The position numbers and the translations under genes were made by a program. A stretch of 41,066 nucleotides of DNA from an uncultured archaeon. Its GTDB lineage: Archaea; Asgardarchaeota; Heimdallarchaeia; Heimdallarchaeales; Heimdallarchaeaceae. Location: NCBI GenBank assembly GCA_964549075.1, contig CAZJUB010000018.1, positions 1-41,066 on the forward strand. Reading direction: 5' to 3'. Shown here piece by piece: positions 20,301-29,591 of this stretch (its first letter is position 1; every line of letters begins with the position of its first letter). The notes beneath the pieces were generated by a model. That model ran no database searches, was not told the origin of the DNA, and worked only from the letters and a program-made list of their open reading frames with translations.

Positions 20301-20530
20301 GATAAAGCAGGAAGCTTGTCTAATGGTATCTTAAGGAAAGAGCTTAAATCAACTAAACGAGTACCAAATTCTTCTAGGTTATCTTTGAATGATTGTATTC
20401 GAGTTTGTTCTGTTGGATTTTGTGGATCGACTATTATCTGTTCGTATAAATCAGTCTCTTCTATCTTTAGTAATAGATTAATTGTGTTTTTGACTGAGGT
20501 TTGAATCTTTACTAGTTTGAACTTTGCCAT
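17327..20530 (-). CDS. atpI: A/V-type ATPase subunit I (a) with tandemly duplicated N-terminal soluble domain
   Basis: Membrane domain with EIDP, FPFLFGIMFADVGHG, the essential Arg in SNTLSFSRLMAL and LRLHWVEWFTKFY.GDG. Two ~330 aa N-terminal repeats end in TIWGWV and TLWGWT. Confidence 0.92.
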   Translation of the reverse strand: MAKFKLVKIQTSVKNTINLLLKIEETDLYEQIIVDPQNPTEQTRIQSFKDNLEEFGTRLVDLSSFLKIPLDKLPALSKEEENLILEPNNVIENLNSFLNKYEDVVTVKYKKMEKLKKESRILSLLKLFQDKMEKENFSIELLSSTNSTFTIFGEIPGEYEELITFYLHELTADKALYWFSEAEETKKKAIIIISLDEYKDQIYELLKENYFEEIKLDFDVFKEIEKDHKTTKITELYTGLQKDISGIQKELDSLSKEIKSELLNKLTIITETNAIFTKEEKGRTDTKNFTIWGWVNSKKFDLFRNIIHNLDFTTTISVLEDVPLARKRERDIEQEAFIVKTFDVKEEKEITKQIPHPPHTEGGEGFLFAKKAMFVKLETEEKNTRGLISYVQALNNFQAVKVGSLDKESLDNLNKQRTELTEYQSRLSKLKNAFKPDEKDLEQREEFQIVDDYKHLKAFIENFFRKNEEKVLKLSEEIDKLRRKLDQTHLSLPYEEGLEEKGIDKVLLESGFQTVTHLGSVPKNHFKAVKFFLNEVTDGNLIFWDSETSDSTSNQKNILVITLNEYEGAVTRILNEYSFQKIDSDMITFDRKVPIKNVLKETEKALDDKNGELEKIKQDIIVKLLATEELISNELYRLSVVEDCQISEGITTLWGWTSKTTIRKIENDRENLPFKMKLSINPNVPFVNPAITKKGKVFGAVRGLVNGIGHPNPAEIDPYSIIRFTFPFLFGIMFADVGHGFLIALIAAYLVYNKKHKGIKPDESIMGYLYAGAELLLICGLSSMIFGFLFGSILGDEHFLPEIYHAHGINWLPLINPLEETKLFLIVALIIGFLMIQLGVLLKVYQNARYGHGIISWANPLSLSIAYIGIFAVLYNIVVGTGIKWETFGITLYQMPSWLTYLLAFIPVVFVLEYMHAKSDGIMDAIDHIIALVSNTLSFSRLMALLLVHAILSGLPFTFTDADLLAKFPTVAGSIQTLAHPHYISNVISLTQTGYISALGISWIWWIVGIIVALVLIIPLEGLLSFLNTLRLHWVEWFTKFYTGDGIEYKPITENLKFIKYITSNGG

Positions 20531-20656
20531 CTATAAGCCACCAATAGACTAACTAATCACGATTGAGTTCTATGTAAGATTTTAAAATCTTCCTCTCTAG
20601 CAGAAAGAGATTTGAATTACTTCACATAATAATGAAAAAAAAGAAAAGAAGAAAAA

Positions 20657-22462
20657 TTACTTCTTGAATCTTCTTCTTATAAATTCTAATGTTGCCAAAC
20701 CTAGAAAAGCAAATATAACTAAACTTGGAATTCCAGATTCTTCTGTTGTTAGATCAAAACCCGCCATTTCCATGTAATCACGAGCTAAATCTAAATCATA
20801 TACGTAAGGTTCTAAGGAATCATCATATCCTACAACTGAATCAGGGATTGCAGTTGTGGCTGGAGCACCTAAACCTTCTAAGATTTGATCAACTATGATT
20901 TGTCGAGGACATGCATGACTAATAGCTTTTCTAATATTTTTGGCAGCTTCTGGAGTTCCTAATGGAGTCAATTCACCTGTACCTATAACTGGATGTAGCA
21001 TGTTGATTGACATCTCTTGATGGGATGGATCTTTAACTAGTACTCCTTCTACTCCTGGAGAAGTGAAATCACTAATTGATGGGAAGTACTGTGCATCAAC
21101 AATATCAACATTTCCAGAAATTAATTCAGCTATAGCTGTGTCTTTTCCTGAAACAAATGTTAGATATAACTCATCTAATAATGGATCAGCCCCACCAGAA
21201 GCAGCACTATCTGCCCAATATGGATTAGGTACCATTTTTACAACACTATTTATCGAATCGAAAGATTCGACCATCATTGGACCACAGGATTTGACCAAGG
21301 ACCATCCAACATTACCAGTACCTGGTATCTCGTTGAATATATCATAACCATAGGTTGATATCAAAGGTTGAACTTCACTCTTATCAATAATTGCTGCAAG
21401 GTTTAGAATACTATCCCATAGATTGAACACTCCATCAAATTTGAAGACAATTTGCCCACCTGCTGAAGGATCAGTTATCTCGATAGAATTATTAGTTGGG
21501 AACCAATGTGTTAAAGTACCATAATTTGAAGAACCAACTGCTGGAGTCATATGTAACTCATAAGAATATTTAACATCTTCTGGAAGTACTGTTTCTCCAT
21601 CACTGAATTTCATATTAGGATCAAGGTTTACTGTCACATTGATTTTATCATCTATAACATCTGAAACTGAGAAATCTAGTGCAGATTGAGGTTCCCAAAC
21701 ATGGGTTTCAACAGCTCTTTCAGCTATAGCTCCATACACAGCTTGCATCCATTGAAAATCATAAAAGGATTCAGCCACATATGTGTTCCATTCTCTCAAA
21801 TCTGCAGGTATAGCATATTTTATGATGTGATCATCAGGGTCGTCCCAATTCTCAACACGATGTCCACTACTAGCAATGAGTAGATTATCAATCCCTGTTA
21901 ACCCTTCTTTAAATCCAAAAAGAGATCTTGGATAAACAATAGGAATCGCAGGTTGATCTTCATAAAGTATAGCTTGTAATTGATAAGCTAAGTTTAATCT
22001 TTCTGTAGGATCGAGCTCTGCCATATAATCATCTAGTAAAGCATCATATACAGGGTTGCTGTATTGATAGTGGTTATCACCATTAGGAGTCCAAGCAGAG
22101 GTTTCATATAAACTCTGCAAATTCAAATCTAGCGGCCAGGACCAACCAACAAAAAGAAGATCATATCCTCCATTGTCATAAGTAGGAATATAATCATAAT
22201 CAATAAATGGATAACTCCATGTTCGAGGTGCAATATTCCCCCATCCTGTGGATTCGTGGAAACCTACACCGATACCTATTTGTGGTAATAGATTCTCCAT
22301 TAAAATTGACCATTGGTTTCTAGCTGGGCTAGTGTTGGGTGACAACAAGTTTATTGAAAAAACCTGCTGTACATCCCCATTTTGAGCTACTGTTTGGTCT
22401 AATGTAATTGAAAAGGTGAATAAGAACATTAGAAACAGAGTAAGCACTTTTTGTTTATTCAT
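20657..22462 (-). CDS. ABC-type peptide/nickel substrate-binding protein (family 5), C-terminally anchored
   Basis: Signal peptide, YSNPVYDALL...DPTER...QAILYEDQPAIPIV, KFSDG..V.PEDVKYS, GP(M), IRKAISHA.PRQ.IV and YDLDLAR. The C-terminal TM helix is followed by RRRFKK. Confidence 0.85.
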   Translation of the reverse strand: MNKQKVLTLFLMFLFTFSITLDQTVAQNGDVQQVFSINLLSPNTSPARNQWSILMENLLPQIGIGVGFHESTGWGNIAPRTWSYPFIDYDYIPTYDNGGYDLLFVGWSWPLDLNLQSLYETSAWTPNGDNHYQYSNPVYDALLDDYMAELDPTERLNLAYQLQAILYEDQPAIPIVYPRSLFGFKEGLTGIDNLLIASSGHRVENWDDPDDHIIKYAIPADLREWNTYVAESFYDFQWMQAVYGAIAERAVETHVWEPQSALDFSVSDVIDDKINVTVNLDPNMKFSDGETVLPEDVKYSYELHMTPAVGSSNYGTLTHWFPTNNSIEITDPSAGGQIVFKFDGVFNLWDSILNLAAIIDKSEVQPLISTYGYDIFNEIPGTGNVGWSLVKSCGPMMVESFDSINSVVKMVPNPYWADSAASGGADPLLDELYLTFVSGKDTAIAELISGNVDIVDAQYFPSISDFTSPGVEGVLVKDPSHQEMSINMLHPVIGTGELTPLGTPEAAKNIRKAISHACPRQIIVDQILEGLGAPATTAIPDSVVGYDDSLEPYVYDLDLARDYMEMAGFDLTTEESGIPSLVIFAFLGLATLEFIRRRFKK

Positions 22463-22779
22463 TTTTTATCACTAGTCTATTCTATTTGAGTGAGAATAAG
22501 TTTCTCATCTCCTGAGAATTCGTTCTTTTTAACACTTATATACATTTCGCAAAAAAAGAGAATGCCATTTAAAAAACTTGAAACATTAGAATGAATTGCT
22601 TAAATGGGTTTTGTTATTGATTCAATGGTTGAACCAAATATTCTAATTATTGGAAAGTTGATATTTCAATAATCGGATTGAATTTTTGTTATCAAATATG
22701 ATGATTTTGAAAAATACTTATTATATTAGTTGATTTTTTAATATTTAGTTAATAATATCTTGATGAGAAGGAATTTCCT

Positions 22780-23649
22780 ATGGATATTATTCTAAAAGGA
22801 AAACAAGTTTCATTGGATTTTGAAGTTAGCGTCGATTCTGAAACGGAACACTTCTATCTTATGGACAGTCTACTCGATGAACTTGATTTGTCCAATCTTC
22901 AGAAATGTAAGAACTTGTCAATAGTTAATCTTAGTTCTAATAATATATCAGAAATCAATCTTAATCCTTTAAGTTTCTGTAAGAAACTAAAACACCTAGA
23001 TCTCAGCAATAATCATCTTATACAAATAAATCTGGAACCTCTTGCTAAATGTAAACAATTGGAAATTCTAAATCTTAATAATAATTTATTAACATCTATA
23101 GATTTAACTCATTTGCACTCTAATAAGAAATTGCGGATGATAAATCTTGATTATAATTTAATAAGAGATATTAAAATTCCTTCAGAAGTTCAATGGTCAA
23201 ATTTTGAGGAATTTAGACTTTATAGTAATGATTTAAGAAAAATTGATTTGAAACCTTTAGCTAATTGTAGTAAGTTAAGAGAGCTCGATTTGGGAGATAA
23301 TCAACTATCAAAGATAAATCTTGAACCAATTATGAATTATCAGAAAATAGAATCAATCTCTCTAGAAAGAAATAATCTGAAAAAAATCGATATTAGTAGT
23401 TTTGCTGATAAACATAAAAATTATGTCCTATGTGCAGATCCAACTGTGAAAATAAAAGGTTTAAGTGAAAATAAAGATAAGAATCGAGCTGAAATTGTTT
23501 TTTCTAAAGGAGTATACTACAGTGATGAACAAGAATCCAATCTCGATCAATTTTTTGAAAATGAAAAAGAAGAAAAACGTATAAAAAGAAAAAACATTCT
23601 TTCCGATTTAAGAAAAATAGAGAATGATTCTTCTAATATTATTAAATAA
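22780..23649 (+). CDS. Leucine-rich repeat protein
   Basis: About seven 24-aa repeats of the form LxxLxLxxNxLxxIxLxPLxxCxx, then a charged C-terminus. Confidence 0.92.
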   Translation: MDIILKGKQVSLDFEVSVDSETEHFYLMDSLLDELDLSNLQKCKNLSIVNLSSNNISEINLNPLSFCKKLKHLDLSNNHLIQINLEPLAKCKQLEILNLNNNLLTSIDLTHLHSNKKLRMINLDYNLIRDIKIPSEVQWSNFEEFRLYSNDLRKIDLKPLANCSKLRELDLGDNQLSKINLEPIMNYQKIESISLERNNLKKIDISSFADKHKNYVLCADPTVKIKGLSENKDKNRAEIVFSKGVYYSDEQESNLDQFFENEKEEKRIKRKNILSDLRKIENDSSNIIK

Positions 23650-23656
23650 AATGAAC

Positions 23657-24043
23657 TTATAGATGTCCTAAAACTTCCATAGTTTCTGGAACATATCTTT
23701 TGATAACTTGCATTGCTAGTCCAACATTGTGTAAATCTCTGCTTGCACCAATTAGGATATATTCTCCTGCGCTAGCTAAAATTGTAAATCCTTCCTCTCC
23801 TCTAATTAATACTTGTTCAAGTTCTCCATGTGAAAGGTTTCCTGTAACCATTTTTCCAGTGGACAGTATTGCTGACGAAACTGCACTTAGAAGATCTGGA
23901 TCTGTACCTTTTTCAGAAAAAAATGCAACCTTAATTCCTTCTTGGTTTACAACTGCAAGAGCTTCTAAATCGCAACCAAGAGATATCTGTTTTAAAATTC
24001 TAACCAATTCCTTCTTTTGTCCTGGCGATAAATCTATTGACAT
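23657..24043 (-). CDS. Roadblock/LC7 (MglB/LAMTOR-like) protein
   Basis: LEALAVVNQEG, DPDLLSAVSSAILS and GELEQVLIRGEEGFTIL. Confidence 0.92.
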   Translation of the reverse strand: MSIDLSPGQKKELVRILKQISLGCDLEALAVVNQEGIKVAFFSEKGTDPDLLSAVSSAILSTGKMVTGNLSHGELEQVLIRGEEGFTILASAGEYILIGASRDLHNVGLAMQVIKRYVPETMEVLGHL

Positions 24044-24239
24044 TTTTTGCCACCTTACTTCTCTACTCTAAATATATTCAAAATATCACTCTTAAACTTA
24101 TTGAAATAAGAAAAGGGCAAAGACTCACTGTAAATTTTATTAACAGGTTATCGAAAAGAGAATGGAAAGTGTATGTTTGTCATTTACGAAATATCGCTGA
24201 GAATAAACCTTTTTATTTGATTGCGATTCTCTCCTAACC

Positions 24240-25469
24240 ATGAAGTTATTGTTTCTAGTAATGGATGGTCTTGGAGATCGACCTGTAGAAGAATTTGGTG
24301 GAAAAACACCATTAGAGTATGCAAACACTCCGAATATGGATAAATTTGCAACTTTAGGAATGAATGGTCTTTTACATGTTATTAGTCCAGGAGTAACTCC
24401 TGGAAGTGATACAGCCCATCTTGCATTGTTTGGGGCAGATCCTTATGAGTATTATACAGGAAGAGGTCCGTTTGAAGCTGCTGGTATAGGATTAGAAGTT
24501 AAGCATGGAGATATTGCTTTTAGAACAAACTTTGCTACGATAAACAACCAAGATATTATTATCGATAGAAGAGCTGGACGAATAAAAACTGGAACAGAAG
24601 AACTAGCGAACTTATTTCAAGATATGGAGATTGATGGTATCAAGATTATATTAAAACCAGGAACAGAACACAGAGCTGCTTTGATATTAAGGGGTGAAGG
24701 GTTATCTGATATGGTCTCGGAAAATGATCCACATGTTGAGGGTAAAGAACCTCAAGAATTTCATCCTTTAGATGATAGCCCAGAAGCTCAAAAAACAGCT
24801 AGAGTTTTGACCACTTTTGTAATGAAAGCAAAGACTCTACTATCAAATGCTGAAGTAAATAAGGATAGAGAATCACAAGGATTGCCTCCTGCAAATTACC
24901 TTCTTATTAGAGGAGCTGGTAAAGTTCCTAAATTACCTAATTTTGAGAAGGAGTATTGTTTGGAAACAGCTTGTGTGGCTGGAGGTGGTCTTTACAAAGG
25001 AGTTGGAAGATTGCTAGGAATGCATATTATTGAAGACCCTAGAATGACTGGAGGGACTACAACTGATTTATCAGCTACATTTGGTAATGCGTTAGAAGCT
25101 CTTAAAAACTATGATTTTGTTTTCACACATGTTAAAGGAACAGATAATTTCTCTCATGATGGTGATCCCGTGGGAAAAATGAAGTTTATCGAAAAAATTG
25201 ACAAAGAACTGTACAGATTTCTCCCTGAGAACTTTAAACAAGATCTTGTTGTAATGATAACTGGCGACCATAGCACTCCTTGTTCTTTCAAAGATCATTC
25301 GGCTGATCCCGTTCCATTAATTATTTGTTCACCAGACTGCCGAGTTGATAAAGTAACAAAATTTGGGGAATCATATGCAGTTGAAGGAAATCTAGGCCAT
25401 CTTTTAGGAAAACATATAATGGGTATTGCACTTAATGAGCTGAGATTGGTGCACAAATTTGGAGCGTGA
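24240..25469 (+). CDS. apgM: 2,3-BPG-independent phosphoglycerate mutase, archaeal
   Basis: [52 protein letters not shown] and HSADPVP. Confidence 0.95.
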   Translation: MKLLFLVMDGLGDRPVEEFGGKTPLEYANTPNMDKFATLGMNGLLHVISPGVTPGSDTAHLALFGADPYEYYTGRGPFEAAGIGLEVKHGDIAFRTNFATINNQDIIIDRRAGRIKTGTEELANLFQDMEIDGIKIILKPGTEHRAALILRGEGLSDMVSENDPHVEGKEPQEFHPLDDSPEAQKTARVLTTFVMKAKTLLSNAEVNKDRESQGLPPANYLLIRGAGKVPKLPNFEKEYCLETACVAGGGLYKGVGRLLGMHIIEDPRMTGGTTTDLSATFGNALEALKNYDFVFTHVKGTDNFSHDGDPVGKMKFIEKIDKELYRFLPENFKQDLVVMITGDHSTPCSFKDHSADPVPLIICSPDCRVDKVTKFGESYAVEGNLGHLLGKHIMGIALNELRLVHKFGA

Positions 25470-26490
25470 TATTGACACTTCTAATTTATTGTTACAAAGA
25501 TTCCTACCTTATTTGCAATTATTTATTGCTATTTTAGCAGTGTCTTTTTCAGCTATAATTGTTGTATTATTAATAGATAGAGATGTTCCTTCTGAAGTAA
25601 CAGCTATGTATAGAACATTTTTTGCTGGAGTAGGAGCTTTGCTTCTCTCAATTCCCAAGAAGAAGATATCTTGGATTTCAAAGAAGACTACATTAAGAAA
25701 AATACATTGGATTGTATTAGCTGGAGTTCTTTTAGCTATTCATTTTGCGACTTGGTTTATCTCTTTAGAATATGTTTCTGTTGCTATTTCAACCACTTTG
25801 GTTGACACAGTCCCTATATTTCTAGCTATATTTGGTTTTATATTTTTCAAAGAAAAAGTGGGTGTTATCGGAATAATAGGAATTATTATAGCTTTTATTG
25901 GTGGAACACTACTTGCATTTGTTTCAAATATACCTGACATTAAAAATTATTTAGTCACTGATATTAAAGGTGAATTAATTTCTCTTATTCAAACTAATAA
26001 TTTAGGTTTTCAACCTAATGCTATTCTTGGGATTATTTTTTCATTAATAGGTGCTATTACTGTTACTTTCTACTTCTTAATTGGAAAGAAAATCCTTCAA
26101 GATTCTCCTTTGTGGCCATATTTCGCTCTCGTTAACCTAACTTCGTTTGTTTCTCTGTTGATTTATTGTTTGATTAGAGGGTACAAGTTATTTAGTTTCT
26201 CTGCTTTTGTATATTTGCTTCTTTTCTTAACTGCTTTGGGACCATCGCTAGTTGGACATGCAACCTATAACTATTCTCTTCGAAAATTACCTGCATTTGT
26301 AGTTGGAGTCGCGATTTTAGGAGAACCTGTAGGAGCTACAATTCTTGGTGTATTAATTCTCGGACAAAAACCAGATTTGATTATAATTTTGTACGCTGGA
26401 ATTATCCTCTTAGGAATAATACTAACTTCTATTTCGCAAAATATAAACTTTAAAATCTTTAAAAGAAAGGAAAATAGAAACACTATCTAA
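25459..26490 (+). CDS. DMT/EamA family transporter
   Basis: About ten TM helices with LAIHFATWFISL.Y.SVA, FFKEK, VGHATYNYSL and LGEPVGA. Confidence 0.88.
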   Translation: MERDIDTSNLLLQRFLPYLQLFIAILAVSFSAIIVVLLIDRDVPSEVTAMYRTFFAGVGALLLSIPKKKISWISKKTTLRKIHWIVLAGVLLAIHFATWFISLEYVSVAISTTLVDTVPIFLAIFGFIFFKEKVGVIGIIGIIIAFIGGTLLAFVSNIPDIKNYLVTDIKGELISLIQTNNLGFQPNAILGIIFSLIGAITVTFYFLIGKKILQDSPLWPYFALVNLTSFVSLLIYCLIRGYKLFSFSAFVYLLLFLTALGPSLVGHATYNYSLRKLPAFVVGVAILGEPVGATILGVLILGQKPDLIIILYAGIILLGIILTSISQNINFKIFKRKENRNTI

Positions 26491-27691
26491 TTCTATTTTC
26501 TTTAAGTATTTCATCTAATCTATCCATAGCAATTTCAATCTGTTCCACTGTAGGTAAATAGACCATTCTGAATCCATTTTCACCATATGGACCAAAACCG
26601 GAGCCAAAAACTGTTAGTATATGCTTCCTTCTAAGTAAGTCAAAAACGAATTCTTTATCATTCTTCCACTTGAAATTGTCCATTGCCAGAACTGGAAAGA
26701 TGTAGAATGCTGCTTCTGGTTTATAGACAGATATTCCATCCATCTCTGAGAGTCTCCCATACATGGCATCTCTTCTTTCTTTTAGAGCTTTTATAGTTGC
26801 TGGGAGATAACTGTTTTGATCTTGCTTTAAAGCCTCAGCTCCTGCTTTTTGAAGAGGTGTAGAAGCACAGAGTCTTAGTCTTGTTAACTTATTTAATCCA
26901 TCCCAAGGTTCTCGAATTTTATCCGCTGGATCATGTACATATGTGTATCCCAATCTCCAACCTGGAGCAAGAAAGACTTTACTAAAACCATTATAAGCTA
27001 TCACTGGAACATCTTTAGCTACTTTTGCTGTCGCAGTATGCTTAAGTCCTTCTTCTAACATTAGTAAATCATATGTTTCATCAGATACAATACAAGCATC
27101 ATATTCTCCAACTATATCAACGATTTCCTTTAATGCTTTTTCAGGGTATACTGATCCTGTTGGATTATTAGGCGTATTCAGAAAAACAAGTTTTGTTTTA
27201 TCAGTCATTAAAGATCTTATGTGTTCAGGATCTGGGTAGAATTTTTCTTCTACAACTGTTTTGTAGTATTGAATATCATTTTCAAAAATAGTTGCGTTAC
27301 CAGAATAACTTGGATAGTGAATACCTGGAATCAGTACTCTATCACCTGGATTGGTGAACGCCATGAAGGTCATCTGGATACCTTCTGATACTCCAGAAGT
27401 TGCTACTACTCTTTCTGCTGTTACATCAACTCCATATTTTCTATTTTCATACTCAGCAACAGCCTCTCTATATTCAAGTAATCCTTGAGAATTAGCATAA
27501 AAATTATAATTTTCATCCTCAGAATATTTAAGCTGACTAGTTAATAATTTTGGAGTTTTAAAACCATATTTTATAGGATCTCCAATATTTAACTTAATAA
27601 TTTCGTGACCTTGGGCTTCAACTTCATTAGCTACTGCAATTACGTCTCTAATTGCATAACTGAAATTTGAAGTTCGATTAGATATCTTCAT
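26483..27691 (-). CDS. Class I/II aminotransferase (alanine aminotransferase AlaA-like)
   Basis: YAIRD, LNIGDP, NTPNNPTG.VY, SDETY, NGFSK.FLAPGWRLG and FR.VYLP. Confidence 0.9.
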   Translation of the reverse strand: MKISNRTSNFSYAIRDVIAVANEVEAQGHEIIKLNIGDPIKYGFKTPKLLTSQLKYSEDENYNFYANSQGLLEYREAVAEYENRKYGVDVTAERVVATSGVSEGIQMTFMAFTNPGDRVLIPGIHYPSYSGNATIFENDIQYYKTVVEEKFYPDPEHIRSLMTDKTKLVFLNTPNNPTGSVYPEKALKEIVDIVGEYDACIVSDETYDLLMLEEGLKHTATAKVAKDVPVIAYNGFSKVFLAPGWRLGYTYVHDPADKIREPWDGLNKLTRLRLCASTPLQKAGAEALKQDQNSYLPATIKALKERRDAMYGRLSEMDGISVYKPEAAFYIFPVLAMDNFKWKNDKEFVFDLLRRKHILTVFGSGFGPYGENGFRMVYLPTVEQIEIAMDRLDEILKENRIR

Positions 27692-27845
27692 TTTTAGTTT
27701 TATCCTTCAATTTGAATAAAAAAGAATCTCCAGAAAAATAAAATTATTGGTCTAACCTTATTTTAAAATAATAATTTATTAATACTATTCCCCAGATATT
27801 ACATCGATAAATAAAATACTCTTTGATTATTTTCTTAAAAACTGG

Positions 27846-29255
27846 GTGCTTTATTTGCCAGCAATATCTAGTTGTAGTTTTTGTAATGGACCAGCTCAAT
27901 ATTATTGTAAATCTTGTAAACGAAGATTGTGTTCTGAACATATTAGAATTTCAAATACTATATACTATTGTTCGACCTGTGATACAGAAGGATTTGATTC
28001 TAAATGTTCAACTTGTGGTTCAGCAACTACATTAACAAGAAATGAACCAACTCTTACTTGTGAATGGTGCAAATCAACAGATGTTGAAGATGGCTTGTTA
28101 TACCATCAGCAGCTACCACATCTTATTTTCTCTTCTTTTAATGAACTGAACAAGAAACTTTCACAAGTTTGGGATTTGACCCAAGAATATCTTAATACTG
28201 TTAAGTCAGTTTTTGAGATAAGAAAGGAAAGAATTATGCTTTTTGGTTCTGTAGAAGATGAAATTACTTTACTTCGAGGAAAGATATCGACTTTTATAGA
28301 TCAATTAGTGAAATTTGAAAATGACACTTTTTCAATGGTTGATGAAAAACTTAAAACAATCGGTTATATGCGTTTCACTAATCTTGATAATATTGAAAAA
28401 GCTGAAGAAATTTTGAATCTTTTACAAGCTCGGTTAGATTTGTTAGATAACACTTTAGAGAGTAAATTCTATGATATTGAAAAAGATTTTACAAAACTAA
28501 ATAGTAAGGTTGATTTTTTAAACTTTCAGCACAGACTATTGAATAGAATTCACAGTCTTTTACCTGAAGATAGTAATGAGCATTTGATTTCTATAATTCC
28601 TAGAATCTGGGTGAAGAAAAATAATAGATTCTACAAGAAATATATCCTTGTTTTAACAAATAGGAACATCTATTTCTTAAGAGAAAAAGGTTTGTTTGAT
28701 GTGAAATTAAAATCAAAAGAAACACTTAGTTTAACATATATTATAAGTAAAAAGCTTGTAACAAAACTATTATCTAAGAATATGTTCAGTTTTAAGACTC
28801 GTTTGGATTCATATACTCTTATAGGAAGAAAAGAAAGTTTAGATCAATTTATGATTTACTTTCATATTATAGAAAATTACATCGATTATTCTATTCATAA
28901 ATCATCTATAATTGAAGATTTGAAACATTATTCATTAACAATAAATGAGCTTAAAACTAACATTCAAAGGAATGTAAGCCACTTAAGAGCATATTTGCTT
29001 AATAAAAGAGAATTAAAACGTGAATTGTACTGGCGTGAAGGACAGGATGCTAGGTTCAAGAAATTATTTGAACAATTACTCTCAGTTGAAAGAAAAATCC
29101 ACCGATTAAATGAATCTAGAAAAGATGGAACTCGCGGAACTCGTGGAATAGATGGTTTATTAAGAAAATTAACTAGAGAGCATACAAGATTAAAGCAACA
29201 ACTTGACGATATACAAAGAAGAAGCGAAGAATTCGATGATATGTGGGAATTTTGA
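27846..29255 (+). CDS. Multi-Zn-finger (B-box-like), coiled-coil and PH-like domain protein
   Basis: CSFC..YYCKSCKRRLCSEH, then three more CxxC pairs and about 140 aa of heptad helix. A PH-like beta region (ILVLTNRNIYFL) and a C-terminal coiled coil follow. Confidence 0.6.
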   Translation: MLYLPAISSCSFCNGPAQYYCKSCKRRLCSEHIRISNTIYYCSTCDTEGFDSKCSTCGSATTLTRNEPTLTCEWCKSTDVEDGLLYHQQLPHLIFSSFNELNKKLSQVWDLTQEYLNTVKSVFEIRKERIMLFGSVEDEITLLRGKISTFIDQLVKFENDTFSMVDEKLKTIGYMRFTNLDNIEKAEEILNLLQARLDLLDNTLESKFYDIEKDFTKLNSKVDFLNFQHRLLNRIHSLLPEDSNEHLISIIPRIWVKKNNRFYKKYILVLTNRNIYFLREKGLFDVKLKSKETLSLTYIISKKLVTKLLSKNMFSFKTRLDSYTLIGRKESLDQFMIYFHIIENYIDYSIHKSSIIEDLKHYSLTINELKTNIQRNVSHLRAYLLNKRELKRELYWREGQDARFKKLFEQLLSVERKIHRLNESRKDGTRGTRGIDGLLRKLTREHTRLKQQLDDIQRRSEEFDDMWEF

Positions 29256-29299
29256 GCAAATGCATAAATACTAGCTCAATTTTCTTTTTATTGATTATA

Positions 29300-29584
29300 A
29301 TGGCTAAGAAGAAAAGTAATCTTAATAGATTAACTTGGATTTTTACAGAGATGTTTATTGGCTTAGCTGGTTTGGCTTACGGTTTGTGGGGAACTATAAC
29401 TCAAGAACCTATGATTTATGTAATTTTATTATCGTTAGGTGGAATATTATTACTTGTTGCTATTATTCAATTAATTTTCCACTTCAAAAGGAAGGAAAAA
29501 ATCTACTGTGCTAAATGTGGTGAAAGAATCAAAAAGAAAGATGATTTTTGTTCTAAATGTGGTGAAAAAATCGAGAAGAAATAG
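29300..29584 (+). CDS. Small 2-TM membrane protein with C-terminal zinc ribbon
   Basis: Two hydrophobic helices followed by CAKCG...FCSKCG. Confidence 0.8.
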   Translation: MAKKKSNLNRLTWIFTEMFIGLAGLAYGLWGTITQEPMIYVILLSLGGILLLVAIIQLIFHFKRKEKIYCAKCGERIKKKDDFCSKCGEKIEKK

Positions 29585-29591
29585 TATTAAA

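Noticed and set aside
17327-20530. Long atpI as a mis-assembly or read-through of two genes
   Set aside because: Single uninterrupted frame, strongly diverged repeats and no stop codon at the junction.
22860-23400. Periodic nucleotide similarity (about 72 bp) considered as a CRISPR array
   Set aside because: Explained by protein-level LRR repeats; there are no identical repeats with unique spacers.
29127-29148. 9-bp tandem GGAACTCG(C/T) encoding GTRGTRG
   Set aside because: Two copies only, in frame within a CDS; ordinary micro-duplication.
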